Positions 16,397-25,522 of a stretch of 32,000 bases of DNA are shown in pieces; within the stretch, counting starts at the first letter, position 1; the number at the start of each line of letters is the position of its first letter. The translations under genes were made by a program, and so were the position numbers. Origin of the DNA: Candidatus Lokiarchaeum ossiferum (lineage in GTDB: Archaea > Asgardarchaeota > Lokiarchaeia > Sigyniarchaeales > Promethearchaeaceae); the NCBI GenBank assembly GCA_025839675.1, contig CP104013.1, positions 3,570,001 to 3,602,000 of the forward strand, in the 5' to 3' direction. The notes beneath the pieces were generated by a model. The model was not told the origin of the DNA and made no database searches. It saw only the letters and a list, made by a program, of their open reading frames with translations.

Positions 16397-16774
16397 ATGG
16401 GGTTTAATATTGGTCGCGCGCTGATTGTTGGATTTCTGTATTATATCTTCTCAATTATTATCATATTCCCATTAACACCAATTTTTCCCGATTTTATAAT
16501 ACTCGTTTGGTGGATGACTGAGATGTTCTTTGTCTTTCTACTAAGCAACTATATATATTTTCGAAAAAGTAGTAATACTAAGGGCATAGATGGCATATAC
16601 TTGGGCCTATTTTTAATCGTTCTGACCTTTATATTTGATATTCTATTTTATATATTTGTGATGGGAGAAGGATGGCTGTATCTTTTACATTGGGCTCATG
16701 GAATTCGATACATAATCTTAATTATAGTTCCGTTTTTAACCGCACTTCTTAATAACCAAAGCTATTATTATTAA
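16397..16774 (+). CDS. Small integral membrane protein (125 aa, about 4 TM segments)
   Basis: Four long hydrophobic stretches are rich in F/I/L/Y. There is no signal-peptide-like cleavage motif and no family signature. Confidence 0.55.
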   Translation: MGFNIGRALIVGFLYYIFSIIIIFPLTPIFPDFIILVWWMTEMFFVFLLSNYIYFRKSSNTKGIDGIYLGLFLIVLTFIFDILFYIFVMGEGWLYLLHWAHGIRYIILIIVPFLTALLNNQSYYY

Positions 16775-16857
16775 TTTGATGAATAAATTAAAAAATACAT
16801 CCATTATGCTATTCAGTTAAGATTGAATGGTAAAAAACTTTTTTTCCTTTGTCCTAA

Positions 16858-17988
16858 TTAAATCTTTATAGATTTAATAATAAAACTCCTGAAGGGTTCT
16901 AATATTTGGGAAAGGGGTAAATCATCAAAAATATCCACCCTTCCCTTCAAATCTAATTCTAAAATTTTGACAGTTTCCTCATAAAAGCTCAATTTACGAA
17001 TAATCTCCTTGATATTGGTAGGCAATCCTCGCATCACTAAATCTAAAGGATCTTCAACCTGATAATCTGCGAATTCTTGAAAAAGCTGCAAGAGAAAAAG
17101 ATCGAAGGTTATTCGATGAAGATCTGCACTGCTGTAATAATGATCTTTGAATTCATCCTTGATTATTTCTATTGCATAAGCAAGGTCTTTGATAGATTTG
17201 TCTGCTTGCTCTCTTACTTTGTCTTCATCTTTAAGATGGCGATAACACATAGTTTTAATCAAGTTGTATTCGGATAACATATGCAACAAGCGTGCATTTA
17301 CATTATTCTTTAAATTACGAAATGATTCGCTATATTCGGGGGTATCCTCTAATTCTTTTTCCAGATTTCTAAAGAATAACGCTACTTCACGCAAGTGATC
17401 GATAGCAGGTTGATATTTTTTTTTTTGGATGAAATCGTGCAGTTCTTTTATATGACCTTGATAATCAAAAATTGTGGTATCAAATTTTTGAATCGCATCA
17501 AGGATTAGTCTCTCTGCTCGTTCGATTCTCCCAATCTTTTCAAAACATTCTCCCGCTCGAAGCAAAAACATTCCACTCGCTTGTCGGTATTCTTCTGGGT
17601 CCACCTCTGAAAATAATTCCGCTACTTCAATAAAAAGGTTGCCAGCGCTTAAAAAGTCCGAATTTTTGTAGTGGAGATCTGCTAAGGCTTGTTTTAGCTT
17701 CGCCAACTCTTCGGGGATATCTAAATATTCAATTTCTGAAATGGTATTCCGAATTTGTTCCATGATGAGTAAAATCTGAGATTCGCTAGTGACAAAAGAA
17801 ATTAATTTGTTAAACACTTCAGAAATTCTAAGATATCGGCCAGTATTTAAGAAGATCTCTAAAGCTTTTACATAAAGGTGAATAGAGCCTCGAATATTGC
17901 CCTCTTTACCTTGAATTTCCCCTTTAGCCATTAAATCTTGGGCTCGAATTAGTTCCGCTTGATCATCTTCATCAAAGGAATCGTACAT
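16858..17988 (-). CDS. All-helical repeat (TPR-like) protein of unknown function
   Basis: This is a 376-aa ORF with recurrent helix-pair patterns containing small residues at TPR-like positions (GSIHLYVKALEIFLNTGRY; AGNLFIEVAELFSEVDPEEY; AGECFEKIGRIERAERL). It is divergent from the proteasome alpha gene. Confidence 0.6.
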   Translation of the reverse strand: MYDSFDEDDQAELIRAQDLMAKGEIQGKEGNIRGSIHLYVKALEIFLNTGRYLRISEVFNKLISFVTSESQILLIMEQIRNTISEIEYLDIPEELAKLKQALADLHYKNSDFLSAGNLFIEVAELFSEVDPEEYRQASGMFLLRAGECFEKIGRIERAERLILDAIQKFDTTIFDYQGHIKELHDFIQKKKYQPAIDHLREVALFFRNLEKELEDTPEYSESFRNLKNNVNARLLHMLSEYNLIKTMCYRHLKDEDKVREQADKSIKDLAYAIEIIKDEFKDHYYSSADLHRITFDLFLLQLFQEFADYQVEDPLDLVMRGLPTNIKEIIRKLSFYEETVKILELDLKGRVDIFDDLPLSQILEPFRSFIIKSIKI

Positions 17989-18131
17989 GATTATTTTAGT
18001 TAAAATAGTCTATTTTATTTAGTTTATTTTTTTACAACTTTTATCTCAATTGCCCAAAATTTTTTAGAAGAGTTTGATTTATAACTCTATAAGATATCTA
18101 AGAAAATATCAATTAGGACTGACTAAAAAAA

Positions 18132-18842
18132 ATGATGCGACGCGGCGACGATGCAGGTTATGACCGATCTTTGACAATGTTTTCCCCCGAAGGTCGATTA
18201 TACCAAGTGGAATATGCTTTAGAGGCAGTAAGACGAGGAACCTTAGTGATAGCTCTTAAATCAAAATACGGAGCGACCTTAGTTACACGAAAGAAATTTA
18301 CAAAATTGATGGATTCTTCAACCATTGAAAAAATATTCCAAATGGATGAACATATGGGATGTGCAATTGCTGGGTTACACGCAGATTCACGGATTTTGGT
18401 GGATTATGCTCGAGTTCAATGTCAGGTACACCGACTTACATATAGTGAACCAGTCAGAATTCAAACAATTACCCGAAAGTTGGCTGATATCAAACAACAA
18501 TATTCCCAACACGGTGGAGTACGACCTTTTGGTTCTTCTCTTCTAATTGTGGGAGTAGATCCTGATGGAATGCCCCGAATCACAACCACAAGCCCAAGTG
18601 GGACTTATTGGAGCTGGCGTGGAACCGCTATGGGACGCAATTCTGATGCAGCTCGGGAAACTTTAAACAAAGAACTCAATGATGAAATGTCTTTGGAAGA
18701 GCTAGTCAAATTAGGAATCAAAATTTTGAAGGAATCGACCGATGAGGAATTTGAAGATGAAAATCTTTCAATTGCGACAATATCGGCAGAAGAACGCAAA
18801 TTTGAACTCTTGAAATACGACCGAATTAAAGCCTATCTTTAA
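18132..18842 (+). CDS. psmA: Proteasome alpha subunit (archaeal 20S)
   Basis: It has the canonical N-terminal signature YDRSLTMFSPEGRLYQVEYALEAV, later QYSQHGGVRPFGSSLLIVGVD, and a typical length of 236 aa. Confidence 0.96.
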   Translation: MMRRGDDAGYDRSLTMFSPEGRLYQVEYALEAVRRGTLVIALKSKYGATLVTRKKFTKLMDSSTIEKIFQMDEHMGCAIAGLHADSRILVDYARVQCQVHRLTYSEPVRIQTITRKLADIKQQYSQHGGVRPFGSSLLIVGVDPDGMPRITTTSPSGTYWSWRGTAMGRNSDAARETLNKELNDEMSLEELVKLGIKILKESTDEEFEDENLSIATISAEERKFELLKYDRIKAYL

Positions 18843-19063
18843 TATTTTTCTTTTTCTCTCTCTATTTTTCTTTTCTTACGTTGTTTCTTAATTCGAGGAC
18901 GCTAACTTTAAATTCCTTGGAATTGATGAATCCAGAATAACTGCTTCATCATATCACAAGAATTTTTTTTGTTTTCATTGCTTGCAGTTTTTAATAGGAT
19001 TAATAGGATTGAAAAATAAGTAATAGTTAAATAAAGAAATATAACAGAAAATAAGCGAAAATT

Positions 19064-21169
19064 ATGCTCTTTGACCGATTAAATCAAGCTAATTACAAAT
19101 TAAGAGATAGTAGTGGAAAAAAGCACTCTGATATGAAATTATCTACAGAATCTCTTTTAAAACAATTTTATCAAGGTAAATTTGAAGAGATACTTATTTG
19201 GATTAAATCGATCAAGATGAAGGATATATCAATTAATGAAAAGATAGATTTATTTCTTCTTCAAGCCCAATGCCTTAACAAAACTGGTCAATATGAAGAT
19301 AACTTAAATTTTCCCTCCTCATTTAAAAAGCAATTTGGAGAAATTTCAGTACCAAATGAGATCGAAGTTGAAATTTTAGTAATTCAAGCCGAAGCTCTTC
19401 GCTTTTCTGGAGACATTGAACAAAGTTTGAACATAATATCTCAATGTTTAAAAATCATTGAAAATAATTCTTTTAACGAAGATGCGGAACAATATTATCT
19501 CGGATGCCTTTTCAATCTTCGAGGAGTTCTTTTCTATCGCCAAGGAAAATATCAGTTGGGGCATGATAGCCTTACAAATTCGTATGAAATCAGGAAAAAG
19601 AGAGAATTTGCTCCAGATATCGCTGCCACTTTAAATAACTTGGGAAATATTTATGCTTTGAAAGGTCAATATTCGAAAGCGATGGATTGTTACAAAAAAA
19701 GTTTAAAGATTAGCATAGAATGGGGAAATAGAAGGGATATTGCTCAGTCTCTCAATAATATTGGAACAATTTATCATGAAAAAGGGGAATTAGATAATTC
19801 TTTAAGTTATTATTTTCAAAGTCTGAAATTTAGTGAACAAATTGGAAATAAAGCAGATTTAGCCATTGATTATCAAAATATTGGTGAAATTTATGAACTT
19901 AAAGGAAAACTTATTCAAGCAATATCTTGTTATAATAAATCTCTAAATGCCAGTAAAGAAAGTAAGTTCAAATTTGGCATAGCAATGTCCCTTCAAAATA
20001 TTGGATACATCCATTATATGAAAGGAAATTCCATTGAAGCCAGTAAATATTACCAAGAAAGCTTATTACTGCATGAAAAAATGGGAAATAGTATTGAAAC
20101 AGGTCTAGTTTTGTTCAGACTTGTTAGAATTTTTCTTGAAATGGATCACATTGAAAAAGCAAGAAAATTCTTTCAGAAACTCGAAAAATTGAAGGAATAT
20201 GAAGAAAATAATTTCATTGTTTTATTTCATAATGTAGCTCATGCCTTACTATTGAAACAAAGTAGTAGGTTCAGGGATCTAGCAAGTGCCATGAATATTT
20301 TTGAAGATGTTATTAGAAATGATATAATTTCTCACGAGATAACTGTGAATTGTCTTTTAGGTCTATGTGAAATATTATTAGTGGAATTAAAAGCCACGGT
20401 TAATGAAAAAATCATTGAGGAAATTGAAGATTACATCCAGCTATTGCTGAAAATTGCAAAACAACAGAATTCTTCACTTCTTTATGCAAAAACGTATTGG
20501 TTGCAAGCCCAAATCTCATTAGTTAAACTTGATCTAGATGTAGCACGGCAAAAACTCACCAAAGCACAAAAAATTGCCCAGCAATATGGATTAAGTAATC
20601 TTGCCCAAAAAATCTCCAATGATCACGATCGATTGATAGAGCAACTAGATCTTTGGAACGATTATAAAACAGAACAAGTTTCGATTGGTGAACGAATAAA
20701 ATTTGCCTCTTTAGATAAAAAATTGGCCGAATTAGGCAAAGATCGAAAAGATTTAGAAGAAAAAATTGCCTTGGAAGCTCCAATTTTCTTTATTATTATG
20801 CGAAAAGCAGGAACTTCTGTATTTTCCATGAGTTTTTCCACCCAGTGGGATCTGAAGGGGGGCTTATTTGGATCATTTTTAAGCGCATTTAACACGTTTA
20901 GTAAAGAAGTTTTTGAGGAAAAGCTGGATCGAGCCAAATTTGGCGATTTTCTGATTCTTATGAAATCTTTAGAATCCTTTGTGGTATGCTATGTTATAAA
21001 AAACAATTCCTATGCAGCCCAACAGAAATTTCAAAATGTGTTAGAATTAATTCGAACCAATACAGATATTTGGGCAGTACTAAAGAAGGCGGAATTGTCA
21101 GGGCGCAATCTTTCAAAATCGGATATCCCTGAATTAGTGGCTCTTATTAATGAGAATATGATTGAATGA
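19064..21169 (+). CDS. TPR-repeat protein (LGN/Pins-type tandem TPRs) with a coiled-coil linker and a C-terminal longin/roadblock-like domain
   Basis: It contains at least seven consecutive 40-aa units of the type ATLNNLGNIYALKGQYSKAMDCYKKSLKISIEWGNRRDIAQSLNNIGTIYHEKGELDNSLSYYFQSLKF. A coiled-coil segment follows (KLAELGKDRKDLEEKIALE). The C-terminal ~130 aa (nt 20774-21166) read PIFFIIMRKAGTSVFSMSF...GGLFGSFLSAFNTFSKEVFEEKLDRAKFGDFLILMKSLESFVVCYVIKN. Confidence 0.85.
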   Translation: MLFDRLNQANYKLRDSSGKKHSDMKLSTESLLKQFYQGKFEEILIWIKSIKMKDISINEKIDLFLLQAQCLNKTGQYEDNLNFPSSFKKQFGEISVPNEIEVEILVIQAEALRFSGDIEQSLNIISQCLKIIENNSFNEDAEQYYLGCLFNLRGVLFYRQGKYQLGHDSLTNSYEIRKKREFAPDIAATLNNLGNIYALKGQYSKAMDCYKKSLKISIEWGNRRDIAQSLNNIGTIYHEKGELDNSLSYYFQSLKFSEQIGNKADLAIDYQNIGEIYELKGKLIQAISCYNKSLNASKESKFKFGIAMSLQNIGYIHYMKGNSIEASKYYQESLLLHEKMGNSIETGLVLFRLVRIFLEMDHIEKARKFFQKLEKLKEYEENNFIVLFHNVAHALLLKQSSRFRDLASAMNIFEDVIRNDIISHEITVNCLLGLCEILLVELKATVNEKIIEEIEDYIQLLLKIAKQQNSSLLYAKTYWLQAQISLVKLDLDVARQKLTKAQKIAQQYGLSNLAQKISNDHDRLIEQLDLWNDYKTEQVSIGERIKFASLDKKLAELGKDRKDLEEKIALEAPIFFIIMRKAGTSVFSMSFSTQWDLKGGLFGSFLSAFNTFSKEVFEEKLDRAKFGDFLILMKSLESFVVCYVIKNNSYAAQQKFQNVLELIRTNTDIWAVLKKAELSGRNLSKSDIPELVALINENMIE

Positions 21170-21242
21170 GGCGTTTCTAAATTTAGCATAATTGCCAAAA
21201 TTGGTTTATAAGTAGAATATTATGGTAAAATAAAAAAAAGGC

Positions 21243-22175
21243 TCATATTGCAGTTTTGTGTGCAAATTTCTTTAAAGTAATATAGATGTAGATCATCCAG
21301 CCAATTAACCCTACATGCAGAATGTCATTGGCATTAAACCATATACCACTTTCCCACAATATTTCTGGTATACCTGAGAAGAGATAACCGAAATATACAA
21401 TCATAACGATGGCGAGCAAAATCCAGATTTTGATGAGCTTAAACTCGATTTTCTCTTTTGAATTCCTATACACAATTATATTTGAGATCATCATCAAAAT
21501 GAAACTTGAAAGTTGAAATACTACCATCATTTCAAAGGAGAGCATAAATTCATTTATTAGAAGCATTCCGAATATCAGTATTAGCTGATATATCAGGAGA
21601 TTAATCGAAGCATAAATATTCATGGCAATGCTGGATTTCGGATTAGATCGTAACCACGATTGAGCTACTACCATCGTATTCACACTAATGACCGTCAAAA
21701 TAAGATATCCAATTTCCCACCATGTTGTCCACAAACAATACGGTTGGTTTCGACACTTCAATTCATAATAGAAGGCTTGATAACTTGTGCCTGCCAACAT
21801 GGTTCCAAGTCCCCAAATGATCAAAGATATCCCCCAAATTTTTTGAAAATTTCTTTTCCTCAATGATGGATCGTTCTCATCTTGCAAATTGTTTGGAACT
21901 GCTTTTCCTTTTTTTAAAAGGGTAAAACCGATGCCAATCGTTAAAATTCCTAACAGGTACACTAAAACTGTGGATGATGGTTCTGACCAAATGAAATTTC
22001 CAATAGATATATATGGATGCGAATCCAGATATTGCTGGGGTGTTAATAATGGTTCTAAAAGAAACTGATCCAAGTTATTAAAACCAATTAATACAGTCAA
22101 AAATACTACAAATATAATGATGTTTGCTAACACCAATATCTTAACTAGATTTTTCTGTTTTTTCATATCTACCAT
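21243..22175 (-). CDS. Polytopic membrane protein (310 aa, about 8-9 TM), unknown family
   Basis: Hydrophobic segments run throughout. A conserved-looking W-rich loop is present (CRNQPYCLWTTWWEIGY), and the last helix contains a His (NANDILHVGLIGWMIY). No signature was recognised. Confidence 0.6.
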   Translation of the reverse strand: MVDMKKQKNLVKILVLANIIIFVVFLTVLIGFNNLDQFLLEPLLTPQQYLDSHPYISIGNFIWSEPSSTVLVYLLGILTIGIGFTLLKKGKAVPNNLQDENDPSLRKRNFQKIWGISLIIWGLGTMLAGTSYQAFYYELKCRNQPYCLWTTWWEIGYLILTVISVNTMVVAQSWLRSNPKSSIAMNIYASINLLIYQLILIFGMLLINEFMLSFEMMVVFQLSSFILMMISNIIVYRNSKEKIEFKLIKIWILLAIVMIVYFGYLFSGIPEILWESGIWFNANDILHVGLIGWMIYIYITLKKFAHKTAI

Positions 22176-22304
22176 AGATCCACTTAAATGTTTGTCTATA
22201 AAGGGGTTTCTTTTTTTCCTTCAACTGAAAAATGTGAATACTAGTGAAATTATTGTAGCGAACAAAAGTGAACTTTTTTCTTTTTCTAAGTCAAGAAAGT
22301 ATCA

Positions 22305-23426
22305 ATGGTTGACAAAGTTAAAATCGGTATCATAGGTTTGGGAAGAATTAGCTCTTTACATCTTCCTGCATATAAGGAAAATGGTCTTGACGCAGAATTG
22401 GTAGCAGTTTGTGATTCCAATAAGAAGCGAATCAAAGAAGTCTCGCAAGAATACAACGTGGAGAAGACTTATACTGACTATGAAGAGTTATTACAAGATC
22501 CCAATATTGATGCGGTAGAGATCCTTACCCCCCATCAACTTCATCTCCCCATGGTATTAAAGGCAGCACAAGCTAAGAAACATATTTCCCTTCAAAAAGT
22601 TCCCGCCATGTCTTTATCGGAAATGGATCAAATGATTGCGGCGACTAAAAAACATGGGGTGAAATTTCGGGTATTTGAAAATTTTCGCTTCTATCCTCCC
22701 TATCAAAAAGCAATGGAACTAATTAATCAAGGAGTTATTGGAAAGACCATCCGGGTCGATTATCAAATGTGGAGTGGATTGGAGACGTTATCGCAATGGG
22801 ATGTCCCGTTAAAATCATGGGCATGGCGGATTTCTGAAAAAGGCAACTATAAATCTCCAACTCTGTTCGATGATGGTTATCACAAACATAGTGTGATTTC
22901 TCAATTTCTTAATCAGCCCATAAAATCTGTTATCGTGTGGCAAGGCGAAAAACGGATAAAAGGCACGGTAAAATGGGATCTCCCCTCATCGATGATCTAT
23001 GTTTGCAAGAATAAAGCGAATTTTGCTACTTGGAATACAAGCCTCCATGATTTTATTCCAATGCATAGTAAATATTATGGATGTGACGAATATGTCTCTA
23101 TTTTTGGAGAAAAAGGGGCGATTTATATCCCAGGATGTACCGGTAGTTGGTTTAAGGATTGTGGGGCTTATGCTCCTGGACAAGCGGGAATCCATTGGCA
23201 AGATGAAAATGGGCATCGGTTTAAAGATACTGATATTGATACGGATTGGCAAACCTCTTTTACAAATTGTTCACGAGAATTCATAAATGCTATCCACGAA
23301 GATCGCCAACCTGAAGTGAATCCACAAGAAGCGCGATATATTCTTCAGATTGGGCTTGCTGGTATTCGATCGGTTCGGAATAATTTTCAAGAAATAAATC
23401 TAAAAGACATCAAAGATAAACCATAA
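22305..23426 (+). CDS. Gfo/Idh/MocA-family NAD(P)-dependent oxidoreductase
   Basis: It has the N-terminal Rossmann motif KIGIIGLGRISSLHLPAY and DAVEILTPHQLH. A variant of the EKP motif (SLQKVPAMS) follows, then a C-terminal alpha/beta dimerisation-type domain. Confidence 0.85.
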   Translation: MVDKVKIGIIGLGRISSLHLPAYKENGLDAELVAVCDSNKKRIKEVSQEYNVEKTYTDYEELLQDPNIDAVEILTPHQLHLPMVLKAAQAKKHISLQKVPAMSLSEMDQMIAATKKHGVKFRVFENFRFYPPYQKAMELINQGVIGKTIRVDYQMWSGLETLSQWDVPLKSWAWRISEKGNYKSPTLFDDGYHKHSVISQFLNQPIKSVIVWQGEKRIKGTVKWDLPSSMIYVCKNKANFATWNTSLHDFIPMHSKYYGCDEYVSIFGEKGAIYIPGCTGSWFKDCGAYAPGQAGIHWQDENGHRFKDTDIDTDWQTSFTNCSREFINAIHEDRQPEVNPQEARYILQIGLAGIRSVRNNFQEINLKDIKDKP

Positions 23427-23431
23427 GTGAT

Positions 23432-23938
23432 ATGGAAATGAGTTTTAACGAAATTAAAGTCAGAGAAATTGAAGATAACACATTTTCTTTAATTAGTGAT
23501 GATTGGGCATTAATTACGGCGGGATCTCAAGATAATTATAATATGATGACCGCTTCTTGGGCAGGTTTAGGTAATTTGTGGAATAAAAAAGTGTGCTTCA
23601 CATTTATACGCCCTTCGCGCTACACTTATGAATTTACTGAAGAATCAGATTACTTCTCAGTTAGCTTTTTTACAAAGGACTATCGAAAAATGTTGAACCT
23701 TTGTGGAACCAAATCTGGACGCGATATCAATAAGATGAAGGATTCAGGATTAACTGCTGTTGAAAACCATGGAACTGTTTATTTTAAAGAAGCACGTTTG
23801 GTGTTTCTCTGTAAAAAGGTATATTATCAAGATTTAATCCCTGAACAATTCCTCGATGAGCACATTCATACACATTATGATGGAAACGACTATCATAGGA
23901 TGTATGTCGGCGAAATAATTGCGTGTTATAGAAAATAA
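23432..23938 (+). CDS. Flavin reductase-like (FMN-binding split-barrel) domain protein
   Basis: At 168 aa, the pattern WALITAGSQDNYNMMTASWAGLGNLWNKKVCFTFIRPSRYTYEF is typical of the flavin-reductase-like family. The gene starts 6 nt after the oxidoreductase stop, suggesting an operon. Confidence 0.75.
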   Translation: MEMSFNEIKVREIEDNTFSLISDDWALITAGSQDNYNMMTASWAGLGNLWNKKVCFTFIRPSRYTYEFTEESDYFSVSFFTKDYRKMLNLCGTKSGRDINKMKDSGLTAVENHGTVYFKEARLVFLCKKVYYQDLIPEQFLDEHIHTHYDGNDYHRMYVGEIIACYRK

Positions 23939-23947
23939 TTTATTTTC

Positions 23948-24907
23948 TTAATCCTGAAGTGGAAATTGGGTCATATTTTTTTCCATGATTTTCAGTCCTG
24001 CTTGAACTAATTCTGAACGATTATTATCCATACCCCATTCTATGTAAGATAAACAAGTCCGTGAATAGAGAAATTTCATACGATTTCGGAATGGTTGATC
24101 GACTTTATAGGCGGTATAATGATTGATAATTTCTTCTAAAAAATCACTTCCTTCATCAAAAAAGAGTAAATCTACTGCAGGATCATATAATTTACAATCT
24201 TCAAAATCTATAATACCTGTAAGATTTGCAAATATTGGGTCAACTAGGATGTTTGATGTATCAAAATCTCCATGAATTAAGCAAGGTTCAAATTGAAAAT
24301 TTGATGGTTCAGAAAGAAATTCTGTGAAGATCTGTTCTATCCAAATTTTTTGATCTTTAGTAAAGAGTGAATACATGCATTCTTGAGTTTTTTGGAAAAG
24401 CTGAGTCCATTGATCTTTGTAAATTTGGGGAAATTCTTCATAACTCTTAAAAATAGTCCTTTTTATGTCGAATTTAGTTCGTAACGAGGAAGAATGTAAT
24501 TGGGAAAGGAAATTTCCAATCTGAGATGCTATTGTTACTTGAATTTGGGGAGAGAAGTTCATTAAACATCGGGATAGAGAGACACCAGGAATCATTTCAT
24601 ACCCCACATAGGGTAGCTCTGGCTTTTCTCCAAAAAATTGGGGTTTTGGAATTGATTGATTAACTTGTGAACGTATCTTATCTAACTTTTTTTTTTCATC
24701 ATGTATCATTGCTATTCCTTTATTGTTCCGAAAAGCTCTATCAGGAAATCGAAAAATGTATCGGTCATCAACAATGAAGACATTGAATGATCCATGATAA
24801 TGAAATCTAATTTGGTCCAGACTTATGTTGGGGAGGTGTTGTTGGATGTGGGGTAGTATTATCTCAATGGAAATATCTGCCGGATTTTTTTCTTCAAAGG
24901 TTGACAT
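23948..24907 (-). CDS. Aminoglycoside-phosphotransferase/choline-kinase-like (APH-fold) small-molecule kinase
   Basis: It carries the Brenner catalytic motif LIHGDFDTSNILVD and the metal-binding motif GIIDFEDC. Confidence 0.85.
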   Translation of the reverse strand: MSTFEEKNPADISIEIILPHIQQHLPNISLDQIRFHYHGSFNVFIVDDRYIFRFPDRAFRNNKGIAMIHDEKKKLDKIRSQVNQSIPKPQFFGEKPELPYVGYEMIPGVSLSRCLMNFSPQIQVTIASQIGNFLSQLHSSSLRTKFDIKRTIFKSYEEFPQIYKDQWTQLFQKTQECMYSLFTKDQKIWIEQIFTEFLSEPSNFQFEPCLIHGDFDTSNILVDPIFANLTGIIDFEDCKLYDPAVDLLFFDEGSDFLEEIINHYTAYKVDQPFRNRMKFLYSRTCLSYIEWGMDNNRSELVQAGLKIMEKNMTQFPLQD

Positions 24908-24957
24908 TTTCTTCTCCCATATTTTTTTTTATTCAAGCTACTTTTAATGAATAAGAA

Positions 24958-25401
24958 TCATTCCCGGTTAATATTCACTACTTTCAAGCTAATTATGACA
25001 ATTTTTCCTGCTAATGGTGGATTCAAATCGATAATTATATTAGATGTTGTAAAAGCTTTGATAATTCCTACAACTTCTTCCTCTTCATCTCCCATTTTGT
25101 GTTCTAATACTATTTGTTTGCCTATTTCTGGTCTAAAATCTGGAGGTACATGATCACGGGAAAGTTTAACGATTTTTTGATCCGAATATTCTCCAAAAGC
25201 ATCTTGGGGGTTCAATTTAATTGAAAATTCTTCACCAATTTCTCGATCCAAAACAGCATTCTCAAAAACTTCCAAAGTTTCATGAGATCCAACTGTGAAT
25301 TCTAGGTATTGATTCGTTTCTTCACTAGAATCGATAATGGTCCCATCTTCCAAACAACTCGTAAAAGAAAGCTGGATAAAATCTCCGGTCTGGATTTTCA
25401 T
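24958..25401 (-). CDS. FKBP-type peptidyl-prolyl cis-trans isomerase (short archaeal/SlyD-like)
   Basis: It has the N-terminus MKIQTGDFIQLSFTSCLEDGTIIDSS, a DAFGEY motif and the C-terminal LNPPLAGK motif. At 147 aa the size matches this class. Confidence 0.88.
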   Translation of the reverse strand: MKIQTGDFIQLSFTSCLEDGTIIDSSEETNQYLEFTVGSHETLEVFENAVLDREIGEEFSIKLNPQDAFGEYSDQKIVKLSRDHVPPDFRPEIGKQIVLEHKMGDEEEEVVGIIKAFTTSNIIIDLNPPLAGKIVIISLKVVNINRE

Positions 25402-25522
25402 GACTGGGTAATATAAATCGAATCTAAAATTTAGTTTTAACTATTCTATAAAAATGTATCATGCACAGTCCTATTGATAACAATAATTGATAGCAAACAT
25501 TTTTCACTTGCCAAATATTTCA

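Noticed and set aside
18921-18951. TGATGAA...TTCATCA downstream of psmA as a C/D-box sRNA or structured RNA
   Set aside because: The TGATGA is preceded by T rather than a purine, and there is no CUGA D box at the right distance. It is simply a 7-bp inverted repeat with a 14-nt loop, possibly a weak 3' hairpin. Evidence is insufficient to call an RNA gene.
18992-19009. Perfect tandem duplication TAATAGGAT-TAATAGGAT about 55 nt upstream of the TPR gene
   Set aside because: An 18 bp feature in a very AT-rich spacer is too short to distinguish a regulatory site from a chance or slippage duplication.
21243-22175. Polytopic membrane protein as the archaeosortase partner of the PGF-CTERM protein
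   Set aside because: No exosortase/archaeosortase-type conserved Cys motif (CSG-like), Arg or His arrangement could be recognised. Only size and TM count are similar.
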